From the NCBI RefSeq assembly GCF_963921235.1, contig NC_086108.1, forward strand, positions 64,110,001-64,174,000: a stretch of 64,000 nt of DNA, given 5' to 3'. The notes under the pieces are model-generated. The model was not told where the DNA came from. It saw nothing but the letters and a program-made list of their open reading frames with translations, and ran no database searches. Made by a program: the position numbers and the translations under genes. The stretch's first letter is position 1. Each line of letters starts with the position of its first letter. Below, one piece after another: positions 37,062 to 49,535 of the stretch. This DNA comes from Mobula hypostoma. Taxonomy: Eukaryota.

Positions 37062-37374
37062 AACCACGTGACCAAGTGGTTAAGGCATTGGACTAGCTAC
37101 CTGAAGGTCGTGAGTTCGAGCCCCAGCCGAGGGAACGTGTTGTGTCCCTGAGCAAGGCACTTAATCACATATTGCTCTGCGACGACACTGGTGCCAAGCT
37201 GTATGGGTCCTAATGACCTTCCCTTGGACAACATTGGTGTCGTGGAGAGGGGAGACTTGCAGCATGAGCAACTGCTGGTCTTCCATACAACCTTGCCCAG
37301 GCCTGCGCCCTGGAGAATGAAGACTTTCCAGGCGCAGATCCATGGTCTCGCAAGACTAATGGATGCCTTTACTA
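37062..37374 (+). mobile_element. tRNA-derived SINE with a CORE-like central motif
   Basis: A box TGACCAAGTGG, B box GTTCGAGCC, central GTGTCCCTGAGCAAGGCACTTAA. Perfect 12-bp TSD CAGTGTTTGGTT (37050-37061, 37375-37386). Confidence 0.88.
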
Positions 37375-38457
37375 CAGTGTTTGGTTTACATCAAACATAG
37401 TGTATAGACTGATGGCCAAAAAGTTCAATTTTGGTTTCATCCGACCATAGAACCTTCTTGCATCTGACTTCAGAGTCTCTCACATGCCTTCTGGCAAACT
37501 CTAGCCAAGATTTCATGTGAGTTTATTTCAACAGTGGTTTTCTCTTTGACACTCTCTCATAAAGTTGCAGCTGGTGAAGCACCTGAGCAACCAATGCATG
37601 AAGAGTCTCTTATCTCAGCCACTGAAGCTTGTAATTTCTCTAGTGTTGTCAGAAGTCTCCCTCACTAGTTCCCTTCTTGTACAGTCACACTGTTTTTGAG
37701 GATGGTCTGCTCTAGGCAAATTTACAGCTGAGCCATCTTCTTTCTATTTCTTGATGATTGACTTCACTGTACTCCAAGGAATATTCAGTGAATTGCAAAT
37801 TTTCTTGTATCCATCTCCTGAATTGCGTTTTTCAATAAACTTTTCATGGAGTTGTTTGGAGTGTTCCTTTGACTTCGTGGTGTAGTTTTTGCCAGAATAC
37901 AGACTCACCAGCAAGTAGACCTTCCAGATACAGGTGTATTCTTACTAGAATCAATTGAAACACCTTGACTGCACACATGTGATCTCCATCTAACTAATTA
38001 TGTGACTTCTAAAACCAATTGGCTGCACCAGTGATGATATGGGGTGTCATTTTAAGTGGGGTGAATACTTAACGCAATCAATTATTTTGTGTTTTATATG
38101 TGTAATTAATTTGGATAATTTTGTAGAGATCTGTTTTCATTTTGACATGAAAGAGTCTTTTTCTGTTGATTAGTCATAAAAAGCCAAATTAAATCCACTG
38201 TGATTCAATGTTGTTAAACAATAAAATATGAAAACTTCCAAGGGGTTCGAATACTTTTTATAGGCACTGTACTACTATTTGTGTCACTATTCATATCACT
38301 TACTCTTTCAGTACTGCATCTACTGGATAACCAGAAACACCACAGATGAAACAAATTACCCTTTGGAAACAAATGAGTAAAATCAATACATTAAAATGAA
38401 ATGCTAAGCCTGTAAAATTGCAGTACCTGCTGACCACTCAGATCACTTCCTAACTTT

Positions 38458-38820
38458 GGCACAGTAGTGTATCGGGATAGTGCTGCTGCCTCACAGATTC
38501 AGGGACTTGCAACCTTACATGTTGTCTGATCGCAGCTCATGGGTTCTCTCCAGTTATGTATAGATTTCCTCCACGTGCCCTGGTTTTCCTCCCACACCTC
38601 TAAGGTTTGCTGGCAGGTTTACTCGCTGCTGTAAGTTGTCCATTCGTGACAATTTACAGCAGCATCACAAAGTGGCAAAAGAATTAAAGGAGAGTTGACA
38701 AGCGTGTGAGAAAGTAAGGATACGTGGGAACATAAGGAAAGGAGGAGTGCAACAAATGAACTACCACTGCCTTGAGCCTGCATGCATCCTGATGGGCCAA
38801 ATGGTTTCCTGTATTATAGT
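38458..38820 (+). mobile_element. Old V-SINE
   Basis: Head GGCACAGTAGTGTA...GCTGCTGCCTCACAG, V-domain GTGCCCTGGTTTTCCTCCCACAC, 3' end TGATGGGCCAAATGG. Confidence 0.7.
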
Positions 38821-39658
38821 AACTCTTCACCTCTCAAGTTTACATTTGATCATCCTGTGATAAGGTGAGTCAAGCATTGTGGAAAGATTAAGGATCAGGA
38901 CCAGGAGGCAGCAGGTCACCGTCTCCTGTAGATTCCACACCGTCTGAATCACATTTTAGAAACTTTCAGGCCAACATGCAATAGGATAAAGACCTTATTT
39001 GTAGGTTGATTTCTATTTTTGGAATCCTGCCACTCTGTTATTTATTCAATATTGTGAGTTAGTGAAGTCTTTTACAGATTCAGTTCTTGTTAATCTTGAG
39101 TCCAGAAGCCTTTTCAATTACTTAGAATAATTTATTAACATCAACCATTTCATTTACAAATTAGCTAATTAACTCCATTGCCACATTTAGCACTCAGCAT
39201 GGAAATTGTTAATTCATAGTATTGCAATTAGTATCTCAGAGGTATTGTTATGAATATTTCTGTTTCAACTAAACCATTTAAAAACAGCGACTACTTTCAA
39301 ATTAGCAGAGTCACTTATCTCTTTTTTTTGTTTATGATCATTACATTAATCTTGAATATAATTTTTTAAAATAGATACCTGTAAAGTAACTTTAGGCATA
39401 CTGTCTCAATAGGATTTTGACCTAGATGACTTATCTCCAGCTTCAGTCAAACCTCCTCATTTCCTTCCTCATCTCTTCTGTTACCATTCCCTTCAGTTCA
39501 ATTTCTACCCCCCCCCCACCCCCACCACCACCACTACATCCCCTGCCCCTCCCTATCTGCTTATCTGGTAATTCCTTGGAGTTACCAGATGTATGCTCTA
39601 TAAATACATCCTTAATACCAGTTCTGCACCTATCCCAAAGTGTTATACTTCCTTTCTA

Positions 39659-39940
39659 CCTCAGAATAGAAGGACGTCCATTTAAAATAGAGATGAGGAA
39701 TTTCTTTAGCCAGAGGGTGGTGAATCTGTGGAATTCCTTGCCACAGACTTTGTGGAGGCCAAGTCATCGGGTATATATAAAGCAGAGGTTGATAGATTTT
39801 TGGTCAATAAGGGCATCAAAGGTTATAGGGTGAAGGCAGGAGAATGGAGTTGAGACGGATAATGAATCAGCCATGATGACTGGTGGAGCAGATTTGATAG
39901 GCCGGATGATCTAATTCTGCTCCTATGTCTTATTGTCTTA
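39659..39940 (+). mobile_element. CR1 3' end
   Basis: LRIEGRPFKIEMRNFFSQRVVNLWNSLPQ, with a TGTCTTATTGTCTTA tail. Confidence 0.9.
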
Positions 39941-40089
39941 TAAAATCCCCTGTTTTATTTCTTGGTGACTTTCTTAATTGATATCTCTAGTTTAATTCAT
40001 CTCTCAAGTGGAGCAAGTGTACAGTCTTGCCAGATATCTCATGGTGTTAAAGGTTCTCCACTTAGTCATCTCCTTTCAGCCTTACCCTT

Positions 40090-40635
40090 TCAGAAAAAAA
40101 AGCAACCCACACAACTCAGCCCTATACATTACAGGCACACCTCTCCCCACTGTCAGAAAAAAAAGCAACCCACCCAACTCAGCCCTACACATTACAGGCA
40201 CACCTCTCCCCACTAGCAGTAGTATCTACGTGAGGCACTGCCTCAAGAAGTTAACACTTAGCATCAAAGATCCCAACCATCTGGGCCATGCCATCTTCTC
40301 ATCGCCTCCATCAGGAAGGAGATACTGAAGCCTGAAGTCTCACACCACTAGGCTCAACAACAGCTACTTCCCTTCATCTGCTCGGTTCTTGAACCATCCT
40401 ACGTAATTCTAATTGTTACCTTAATATTAGAACCTAGCATGGCAACTTTGCACTACAATGAACTTTGAACTTTTTGATCTATTCATGTTCTTTATTGAAT
40501 AGTTCATGTTTAGACTTGTGAATATTGTTGTCTCTAATGCTATCTGCCTGCAATGCTGCTGCAAATAAGTTTTTCATTGCACTTCTGCATTCATATATTT
40601 GTGCATATGAAGATAATCTCGTTTTCAACTTTGAC
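40090..40635 (+). mobile_element. Rex1/Babar 3' end with a 63-bp tandem duplication at its 5' junction
   Basis: ITGTPLPT...IKDPNHLGHAIFSSPPSGRRY. The unit is repeated at 40090-40152 and 40153-40214. Confidence 0.82.
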
Positions 40636-43279
40636 TATTCATAGTTCCCGGTTAGATATAACCATATACACTTATCCTCACCCTAACAACTTTCTTTCCA
40701 TTTTTTGTTCTTCCCTAAAGGGCCAGTTGGCTTATTCCTCTCCAACATTTGTATTTTTCTATGAAAATGCAGAATCAAGGGAGGGTGTAGTTTCATGACT
40801 TTTGTTTCCCCTCAGTTCCTTGCCCTTGTCGGGCAATTTGTCATATGACAATTGGCAGTGATATTCAGCACCATAATTGAGCTCTGATGGCATGCTGTAT
40901 CCCTATGTTAGATTCTAACGGAGCTTGACGGCATGGAAATTGCCACGAAGAGTCACAAGCAAGGGAACATAGCTACAAACAAGGAACAGTAATTTAAAGT
41001 GAAGTGCATAGCAATTTCTTCTCACTGGTGGTAGTGAATCTCTGGAATTCTCTCCCCCTGTAAATGGTGAAGATAGATGAATATGTGCAAGATCAATAAC
41101 TTGAAGATTAAAGGGAATTGGCACAGAAGAGCAGTGGAAACTAGCATAGATCATCTTGAATAGTGGGGGGGGGGGAACTTGAGGGGGTGAGTGACCTACT
41201 CCTGTTTTCCTGAGTTCTTATGTACACATGCATCCCTGGTCAGTGATCAGCAGTAAGAACTATGGCTCTCTTTATTTTCACTTCCACTTTGCAAACATTA
41301 CTAATTCCAATTTTAGCCTCCGAAACAACAATCAGGCTGATACCATAGACCCTGTTGGGAATTGGGCAGTACGTGGCCCAGTTTGACAATGATTACTTAG
41401 ACATAATAAGGTTCTGAAGAAGGTTTTGTTTAAATACAAACATGGAAACATTTGATATTTTCAAATTCAGAAGTAAAATACTGCAGATGCTGGATATCAG
41501 CAGTTTTGTTTTTTATTTCATTTTTCAGATATTGTTTTTGAAGAGGAAGTAAAGCAATGATACAAGGCCAGTTGACCAAAACTGGAACTTGACTTTACCA
41601 AGAAGGAAAAGACTTTGGCTAATTAAGTCGCTGTAGGTGTAGACCAAAATCAGAAAAGAATGGAAGTGTATGCATTACTGAGTTTGAAAGGAATGATACC
41701 AGTATGTATTATGAACCTTCTGTGTCAATATAAATAAAAACCTAATCTGAATATATACCCCACAGTCCTGTACTTTAGCTGAATGAGTAGATAAATAACA
41801 GATTAGTACAAATGTAATCCCCTGATCATAACTAACCCTATGATTTATTGCTAAACATGAGAAAGAAGAAAGCGCCAGGAAGACCACACACAGTTACCTA
41901 GCTTCCAGCTATAACAGCGGTAGAAAATCAATTTTGTTTAATCCCACATTTACTTAGAAGTGTTTGTCGTACAGGTTCCTTGAAAATTTAAAATGTGTAA
42001 TGAAGTGTGCTGACATATGCATTTGTTAATGTGGTTCCAGCCAAGCTGGGCTCGTTCTAACCAGGCTCATGCCAGTTAATTACCATATCAAGGAAATACA
42101 CCAAACGGGAAACAGACAGCAATATGAAAAGATTCTTAGTCTTTAGTTTATATAAAAACATAGGAAACTAAGTACCACGTTTTTATTTTACTCTGCAATA
42201 TTATGTGCAGAAATCTAGACCATGACTCGTGCACGTACCAAGCATGAGTTCAGTATTCTGGCAAACAACTCTGATGTAGCCAAGAGCCTCAGAAAAACTG
42301 ACAATGCAGAAAACATAGTGAATCCAAAAACAAGGGACCAAGACTTTTAATGAACATTAGGTCATGCAATTGCCTTACAGCTGGAATAGCCAATAGAGTC
42401 AATAACAGTATTCCAATATGGTGGCAATAACCTCGTTTTAAGCTCTATATAAGCTGTGGTGGTGCCATGTACTGACCTCACTTATGAGTTATGATTTGTA
42501 CAGAAAGGCGTCGTTCTCACACACTATCAAGTAGAATAGGCTAGAATGCAGGAAATCATCAGTCTGATTTGTGACTGAAGCTTGCAAAGTCACATCAAAA
42601 TAAATTTAAGATCTTTCATGAAGTTAGCCTCTGATACCACAGACGTGTTGTTAATTCAAGCAGGTGACCATAGTTACATGCTTTATACTGTCTAATGTTG
42701 TATTGAGAGCCATAATCCATTTACTTTAAGTAGGCTAATGGTTTTTTTGGCTGAATAGCATTCAAAGAAAGTCTGGTATTGCTAGCGTACGAGCATAAAT
42801 GTTATGACATAACATTTAAAAAATATTATACCCTCCAGCTCTGTTTGGAGAAATATAGGTTCCAATATTCCATGACTTTGTATGCTCAGAATCTCTAATG
42901 GTGTGCTGCCACATTTACACCAAATAAAAGATATACCCTGTCAGCTATTCACCAGGTCCAAGGATAGCAGGAACCACAATATTCTGAACACACATGTCTA
43001 TTTCCCCATTATATAATTATCCATTGAAGAGGCTTGTGAAGGCTTTGCTGGTACAAACTCTTAAAGAAAATCCAATAGCTGTTAATTTGTCCTGTTGAAT
43101 ATATGGCAAGAGTCCACCAGAAGGACAAGTAATTTTTGGTTACTGGTTACACAGTCACAATAATGAATGCTTGATTTTAAAATGGCCTCCTAGTATGCTA
43201 AAGTACATTGATTAACATATTTAATACCTGATATGATATCTCAATTTATAATTGGTAATGTCCTCATGAAGTACAGCGG

Positions 43280-44850
43280 TATAGTACTTTGGTTAGGCCA
43301 GATTTGGAGTATTGTGTGTATCTGGTGACTGCATTACAGTAAGGATATGGAGGCTATGGAGAGAGTGCAGAAAAAGTTTACTAGAAAGTTGGCTGGGTTA
43401 GAGAGTATTCACTGGACAACAAATTTTTTTCAGAAGTGTTGCTTCCTTAGAATTTTTTTCGTTTATGATAGACTGCTTAAAGATGAACACAAATATAATT
43501 TCAGACTCCTTGTATCACGTAGGAATTTGGAGAAACAACAAAATAACTTTTATTGAATATAATGTGTTTAACTGCATAATGGTGCTGATGCTTTGCAATA
43601 GTTCAACTAAGTTAAAAATATTTTGTTAATGATTTTTATTTGTACTCAGTGTCTGAGGCTTCTCGCTTATGTGTCCAACAATAATTCACCAGCATTGATA
43701 GATTCCAGTTGCCCTGGTATCTTTTCTCCATGACCGCAATGTCCTGGTGAAACCTTTCACATGCTCGTCACTAACAGCACCAAGATTTGCAGGGAAGTCT
43801 AAATGGGAATGCAGAAAGTGAATCTTTGGTGACATGTTGTATTTCATGGTATTATATGCTTGAAGCATGCTTTCAACCAGCTGCATGTAGTTTGGTGCTC
43901 TGTAGATGCCGAGAAAAATTTCAACAACTTCCTTGAATGCCTTCTATGTGATTTTCTCTGGTCCCACTAGAAATTCTTCAAATTGCCTGTCATTGATGAC
44001 CTGTTCGATTTGTGGACCATTAAAAATGCTTTCCTTAATCTTGGCATCAGTTATTCTGGGAAGCATCTGTCTCAAATATCAAAATCCTTCATAGAAATTT
44101 TTGTGCCTGGTGATAGCAAATTCCATCCTTACAGTCCTGAAAAAATAATTATTACTAAAACCTGCCTGCCATGCAGCAGCCGTGCTGCCTAAGCATGCCT
44201 GGACAAGATAGGAAACTTTCCAGCTTAAATGGTAGGCAACGTTTTAATTGACTTGAATTATGAATTGAAATAATAAACATGTGATTTCAAAAAATGGTGC
44301 GTGATAGGGAAATTTCATGGTGATTTTCATGATCAGCAGCCCAAAATTCATAAAATACACCTAAAGGTATTCAGGAAGCAAAATCTTTGTTGTCCAGTGG
44401 TATTAGCTAATAGGGGAGGCTGGACAAAAATAGATTGTTTTCTCTGGAGTGTTAGAGGCTGAGGGGAGAACTGATAGATGTTAATAAAATTATGAAAGTC
44501 ATAATTGGCTAACTAGACAGACTCTTTCTCCCCCCAGGACAGAAAAGCGAAATACAAAAAGGGAATAAGATTATGGAGGGAATGTAATTGTTCAAAGATG
44601 AGCGAGGACTATATTTTAAACAGAGAAAGGAGAATGGTGGATGTCTGGAATACACTACCATTGAAAGCGGTGGAAGCAGATACCGTATATTAGTGATGTT
44701 TAAGAGGCACTTTGATAAGCACATAGGTATGCAAGGATTCAAGGAGTATGGATCATTTGCAGGCAGATGGGATTAGTGTAGTTTGGCATCATGGGCATCA
44801 CAGGCATCACAAGCTGAAAGGCCTGTTCCTGTGCTGTACTTTTCTATATG
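43280..44850 (+). mobile_element. Old CR1 3' region split by a Chapaev3-like transposon
   Basis: GTTAGGCCAGATTTGGAGTATTGTG...MERVQKKFTRKLAGLESI resumes as SY at 44405. The 3'UTR contains GGCCTGTTCCTGTGCTGTA. Confidence 0.82.
43410..44399 (-). mobile_element. Internally deleted Chapaev3-like (CMC) DNA transposon
   Basis: 14-bp perfect TIR CACTGGACAACAAA / TTTGTTGTCCAGTG. The minus strand encodes AKIKESIFNGPQI...KIHFLHSHLDFPANLGAVSDEH..RFHQDIAVMEKRYQGNWN...YCWT. Confidence 0.85.
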
Positions 44851-44969
44851 TTCCTATAAGTGCCTTGGATATATTATTGTATTAAAGTTGATATATAAAA
44901 ACAAACTTTTCTTTTAAATTAAACATTATGTTACTATCCTGCGGTTTTGGCTCTGACCTGTTGATCTGG

Positions 44970-46330
44970 GTTCAGATTCACATTAATTTATCGTACTGTA
45001 CATCAAGGTGCAATAAAATTCCATGCTTGCGTGAAGCTCATAGTACATACCTATACATGGTAATAATAAATACAACAATAAATATAGCAACAACTACAAA
45101 ACAAATGTTGCAAAGATAGTAATGCAATCTGAAGTAGTGAACAAAGCAATGTGAAATTGATAATAGCAGAATAACTAAGAGGTAGAATTAAGAGTCTAAG
45201 AATGGGAAAGCATCACTGGGAAGGGATGTTAAAAAGATAGTTGGTTCAAAAGTCTCTTAGCAGTGGGGAAGAAGCTTTTCTTAAATCTGGTCATCCAAGC
45301 CTTCAAGGTCCTGTATCTTGTCTCAGAAGATAGATGAGAGAAATGTCATTGGGTAGTTGGTATACATCCTTGATGATATGAGGGGTGATTGATAAGTTCG
45401 TGGCCTAAGGTAGAAGGCCTCAATTTTAGAAAACCTGACACATTTATTTTTCCTACATTTACACACTTAGTCCAGCGGTCGTGGAGCATACGGATCCCTT
45501 CTTTGTAGAAGTCGGCACCTTGGACCTCCAGAAGGTGGTCCACAGCAGGGGTGATTGATAAGTTCATGGCCTAAGGTAGAAGGAAATGAATTATTAACTT
45601 CAAACTTTCTGCATTTTCACTCAAAGAGCTAAACTGCACATGCACGTAATGAGAGCTGTATAACTCATCTCCTTCTACCTTAGGCCACAAAACTATCAAT
45701 CACCCATGCTGTGGACTACCTGGAGGTCCAAAACGCTCTTGTAACATGCACGTGCAGTTCAACTCTTTGAGTGATAATGCAGAAAGTTTGTTAATAACTC
45801 ATCTCCTTCTACCTTAGGCAACGATCTTATCAATCAGCCCTGCTGTGGACCACTTCTACAAAGAAGGGATCCGTATGCTCCACGCCCACTGGACTAAGTG
45901 TGTACATGTAGGAGAGGACTATGTTGGAAATTAAATGTGCTAGGTTTTCTAAAACTGACTCCTTCTACCTTAAGCCATGAACTTATCAATCACCCCTCAT
46001 ACAATTAGCCTTGTGAAGCAGTACATTGTGAGGATGGATTGCGTGGAAGGAAGTGACAAACCTGTAATGGACTGAGTAGTGTTTACCACTTCCTGCAGGT
46101 TCTGTCACTACAAAGCAGAACAGTTGCTATTTCAGGCTGAGATGCCACACATAAGATAATTTCTATTGCACATCCCTAGGTGTTCGAGAGAATCCTTATG
46201 GACATGCAAAATCTTTTCAGGCACCTAAGAAAGTACATACTCTGATGCACCTCCCTGATCACCAAATCAGTGTTGGGGTCCGGGAGAGATTACTGGTTCA
46301 AGGAATCTAAAGCTCGTGATTATAACAACA
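44970..46330 (-). mobile_element. Old Rex1/Babar-type LINE remnant hosting a MITE
   Basis: GGGAAGAAGCTTTTCTTAAATCTGG...CCTTCAAGGTCCTGTATCTT and CACCTAAGAAAGTACATACTCTGATG (minus strand HQSMYFLR). Confidence 0.65.
45379..45999. mobile_element. Mariner-derived foldback MITE (same family as 20463-20994)
   Basis: TA TSD. Termini TGAGGGGTGATTGATAAGTTC ... GAACTTATCAATCACCCCTCA. The ORF track shows FYKEGIRMLHDRWTKCVNVG. Confidence 0.92.
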
Positions 46331-47227
46331 GGCACTCAAAAATGATCGAATTGAGTACAGAAATTGCAGATAAGCACTAAGAATGAATGAATTGATCTTG
46401 TAGCTTACCTCAAGAATAACCACTCACAATGTCCTTCCCACTGGTCTCTGCAGTATAGACCTTATCATTCTAATGTCACTTTACAATTGCATCCTTCCAC
46501 AGGGAATGTTCAGCGCCCTGCAGTGGTAAGCAATCATAAGACTGGTCAAGTAATCTATGTATCTTCAAAAATGATAAACCAAGAAATTATAAAGAAATTT
46601 CATTGCTGAATAAAAGAAAAAAATTGAAATCAGTTACCCTATACATGCCTTTCATAATTCCCCTGGGTTAAGGGAGAAATAAATTTTTTTTAAATGCTCT
46701 ATTTTAGTCATTCTCCAAAGAGATGAACAAACCTACAAAATTACTTTTTTTTTAGAAGCAGCATAATTATGACTTATTGTGTTATTAAAGAACCCTAATT
46801 AAACAAGGCTTAAATTTTACTTGGGTCTTTAGTGTAAGAAGAAAGCAATTGTCTACCTTGTGAAGGAGCTGGGTTGTCTCTGAACACAAGTCCCTGCTGT
46901 TCTAGGCCACAACAGGAATATCTGGGCTTTCAATTTCAATGGCAGTGTTGTTTGATCATTTCTGAGACTATAGCACTTTAATCACTAGCAGTCACTTGCT
47001 AAGTCCACGAGACCAACTGTCCCTGTCGCTATCAGTTCTACCCAATAATATCAGCAAGCACTGCCAACCTTGCAGTCTTAACGATCATGAGTTCTAGGAT
47101 CGGCTATTTTTTTAAAACAATGAATTGTTTCAGCTAAACCAAAATTAAGCCAGAAAAATAGATCAGCTGGCATAAATTCTCAGTTTTGTGGAGGAGGGGG
47201 TTTGTGGAATGCAACTTAGTTTTGGGA

Positions 47228-47400
47228 GGCAGGAGAAAATCTGCAGATGCTGGATATTCAAGCAACACATACAAAATGCTGGAGGAACTCAGCAGGCCAG
47301 GCAGCACCTATGGAAAAGTGTAGCCAATGTTCCAACCTGAAACATTGATTGTACTCTTTTCCAAATGCCTGGTCTCCTGAGTTCCTCCAGCATTTTGTAC
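47228..47400. mobile_element. Inverted pair of Penelope pseudo-LTR ends
   Basis: ACAAAATGCTGGAGGAACTCAGCAGGCCAGGCA ... TGCCTGGTCTCCTGAGTTCCTCCAGCATTTTGT. Confidence 0.75.
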
Positions 47401-47479
47401 ATAGTTCTTACTCTTGAAATTAATGATGATGTCTGTGTTTTCTTAATATCAACTTGATTCTCCCTTTTCAGGGAAAATG

Positions 47480-48000
47480 AATATTGCTGGTTCTGAGTGG
47501 TGGAGTCCGACGGGTTCTGTATATTGGGGCCAGAGGGTTTTTTTGGTCCTGGTGTCAGTGTGGTCTCACTCATATCATCCACAGGATTCTCCCTGTTAGA
47601 GAACAGCAAGCATTTCAGTGTTGGGGTCAATGGGTTTCTCAATATTGGTGGACAGCACAGTTCTCTATTTTTGAATCAGTGTGATCCTCAGTGTTGGAGG
47701 TCACAAGGATTCTCTCTGGGTCATTGGGGTTCTTGGTGTAGATGCTGAGTGAGGCTCTGAGTATTGTAGATTGGCGTCGTTCTCGTGGCTTCCTCATTGC
47801 TTTATTCAGATGATGTTCTTCCTTTTAGGGGTGAGTGGACTTTCACAATTAGAATCAATTGAGCCCAGTGGGGCTGTCACAGTTGTGCTTCAAAAAGGTC
47901 CTTGCTTTTGAGGGTTTACGGAATCCTTTTTACCAGGACTGAACAGACTTCTCGCTGTTGAGGGAACAGTTGAGTTCTCATTGTTTTCAGTGCTGAAGAT
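47480..48000. repeat. Highly degenerate minisatellite (unit about 23-25 bp)
   Basis: Recurrent TCAGTGTTGGGGTCA(G/A)TGGG(G)TTC-like units, for example near 47616, 47676-47700 and 47720. Confidence 0.5.
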
Positions 48001-49319
48001 AAACATCAACGTTAGTCACCCTCAGCAAGGTGCTTCCCACAGCATTTGGGGAGGAAACACCTTTTTAGTTGTGTGTCATATATTACAGCATTACTCTCTC
48101 AGTTACCACATTGCCAGTGGCAATATGTACTCTAATATAAATGCATCTTATCACTTGTAATGTACTCATCTTCTATCAATATCCAAGTGATTCAAGTTGC
48201 TAAAATACTCCCTACATTATAAAGCATTAACATTATAGGATAATAAGATAACCATATCATACTTGCAGTTTTCCAGTACAAACCAAAATATACTAAACTG
48301 AATGATGTTAATAAATTTCACTATTAGCATGAGAGGGAAATCTGTGTTTCTGTTCCTTCATGTTATTACCACTGTTGAATCATTCTAGTTTGGAAATGAT
48401 ATTTGTTTAATTATAAATAGCTATCGAGAAACAGTTACTATTCTTAATAGGAGGATCCTTAATCAATTAATTGATGTTCTTGGTTACAGAAAATTGAAGT
48501 CTGACAGTATAATTATATGAATAAATTGATATTTAGATTTGGTTAAATTGATTCCTACCTGAATAATTTAGTAAGTTTTTTTCATAATTATTTTATTTAT
48601 GCTTAAAAGGCCTGCTGCTTTTCATCCCAACCCACCCCCATATGGCAAGTTCTGGTACAGTCCCTGAGCCATATGGTTATAGACTATTTTGGCATTGTTC
48701 CCATCCATTTGCATTACTCAGGATGGTCTTATAATTATTTTTCTTTAATTCTGAATTGAGTTTATCCTCTGATTTGAAATTTACTAAAAGTGCATCACAG
48801 TTTAACATTCATCCTCAAGCTAATTTTTGGTAGGTTGAATTTAAATAACCACAACAAAAACTGAAAAAGTTTCAAAATTAATATGTTGTGAATTTGCCAG
48901 TTTAAAATTTTAAAAAACACTGTAATGGTAATATTAATGGTTTCTGCTACAAAAGCTAATTGAAGCTGAAAGAGGAAGGTTAAGTGCTTTCATTATACAG
49001 TACAGCTCTGCCATTGTAGGCAGTCCTGACTATAGCAATACTATAGTATGATTGAGGAAGGGCTGCTGTTGTCTCAGAGTGTAGCTCCACTAGAAACAGT
49101 GTTTTGGCTGATATCTGGTATAAAAGCTGCATCTTGCTAGTTGGACTGGGGGCAACATCAGCTGAAACCACGACGAGGGCATAAGTTGCGGAACTGAATA
49201 TTCATTCATTTCAAGCTAGAAATCTGAAATAACTTTCAAGCTTACACAAAATTATGCTTATTTTTATCTCCCCTTAGTTGTAACTCATTTGGATGCTTTT
49301 TCACTGTAAGTCGCAAAAG

Positions 49320-49535
49320 CCTAGACCAATACACACGCAATACCAAAGGGCTGCAGCATTGTTAAAGGTGACCCTTTCAATAAATTATTAAAACAAAACC
49401 CCATTTGTATTCTCAGGTCAGTTAAAAGATGCTAGACGTCCTTTGAAGATGACATCACAAATAATATTGATCCCTCAGTCCTCAGGGGAAAACCCTAAGC
49501 TCATGAAGGGTGCTATATAAATGCAAGTTGTTTTA
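49320..49535 (+). mobile_element. Ancient Deu-domain SINE remnant with an L2-type tail
   Basis: Colinear with my recollection of the Deu domain (AGGTG..CTTTC, TTAAA, TCTCAGGT..TAAAAGAT, AATATT.ATCCCTCA). Ends TGAAGGGTGCTATATAAATGCAAGT. A similar tail lies at about 28225-28360. Confidence 0.55.

Larger units (their letters stand above)
31957..38269 (-). mobile_element. Tc1-family transposon with long (about 220 bp) IR/DR-type TIRs, split by a full-length CR1 and a SINE
   Basis: 31957-32180 is the reverse complement of about 38050-38269. The right end GGCACTG is followed by TA. The minus strand from about 37878 encodes KSKEHSKQLHEKFIEKRNSGDGYKKICNSLNIPWSTVKSIIKK. Confidence 0.9.

Noticed and set aside
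37062..37135. tRNA gene
   Set aside because: The A and B boxes belong to a SINE head followed by body and TSD. There is no complete cloverleaf or poly-T terminator.
42222..42350. 42-codon small ORF MTRARTKHEF... with ACCATG context
   Set aside because: No recognisable homology or promoter, and this length is expected by chance.
46409..46525. Candidate exons (110 nt on minus; 23 nt on plus at 46503-46525) with plausible splice sites
   Set aside because: The minus candidate has stops in all frames. The plus candidate is not frame-preserving and has no supporting neighbouring exons.
47289..47748. Pro/Thr/Ser-rich ORFs as a mucin-like exon
   Set aside because: Frequent stops in the extended frames. 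Better explained by a decayed minisatellite plus a Penelope fragment.
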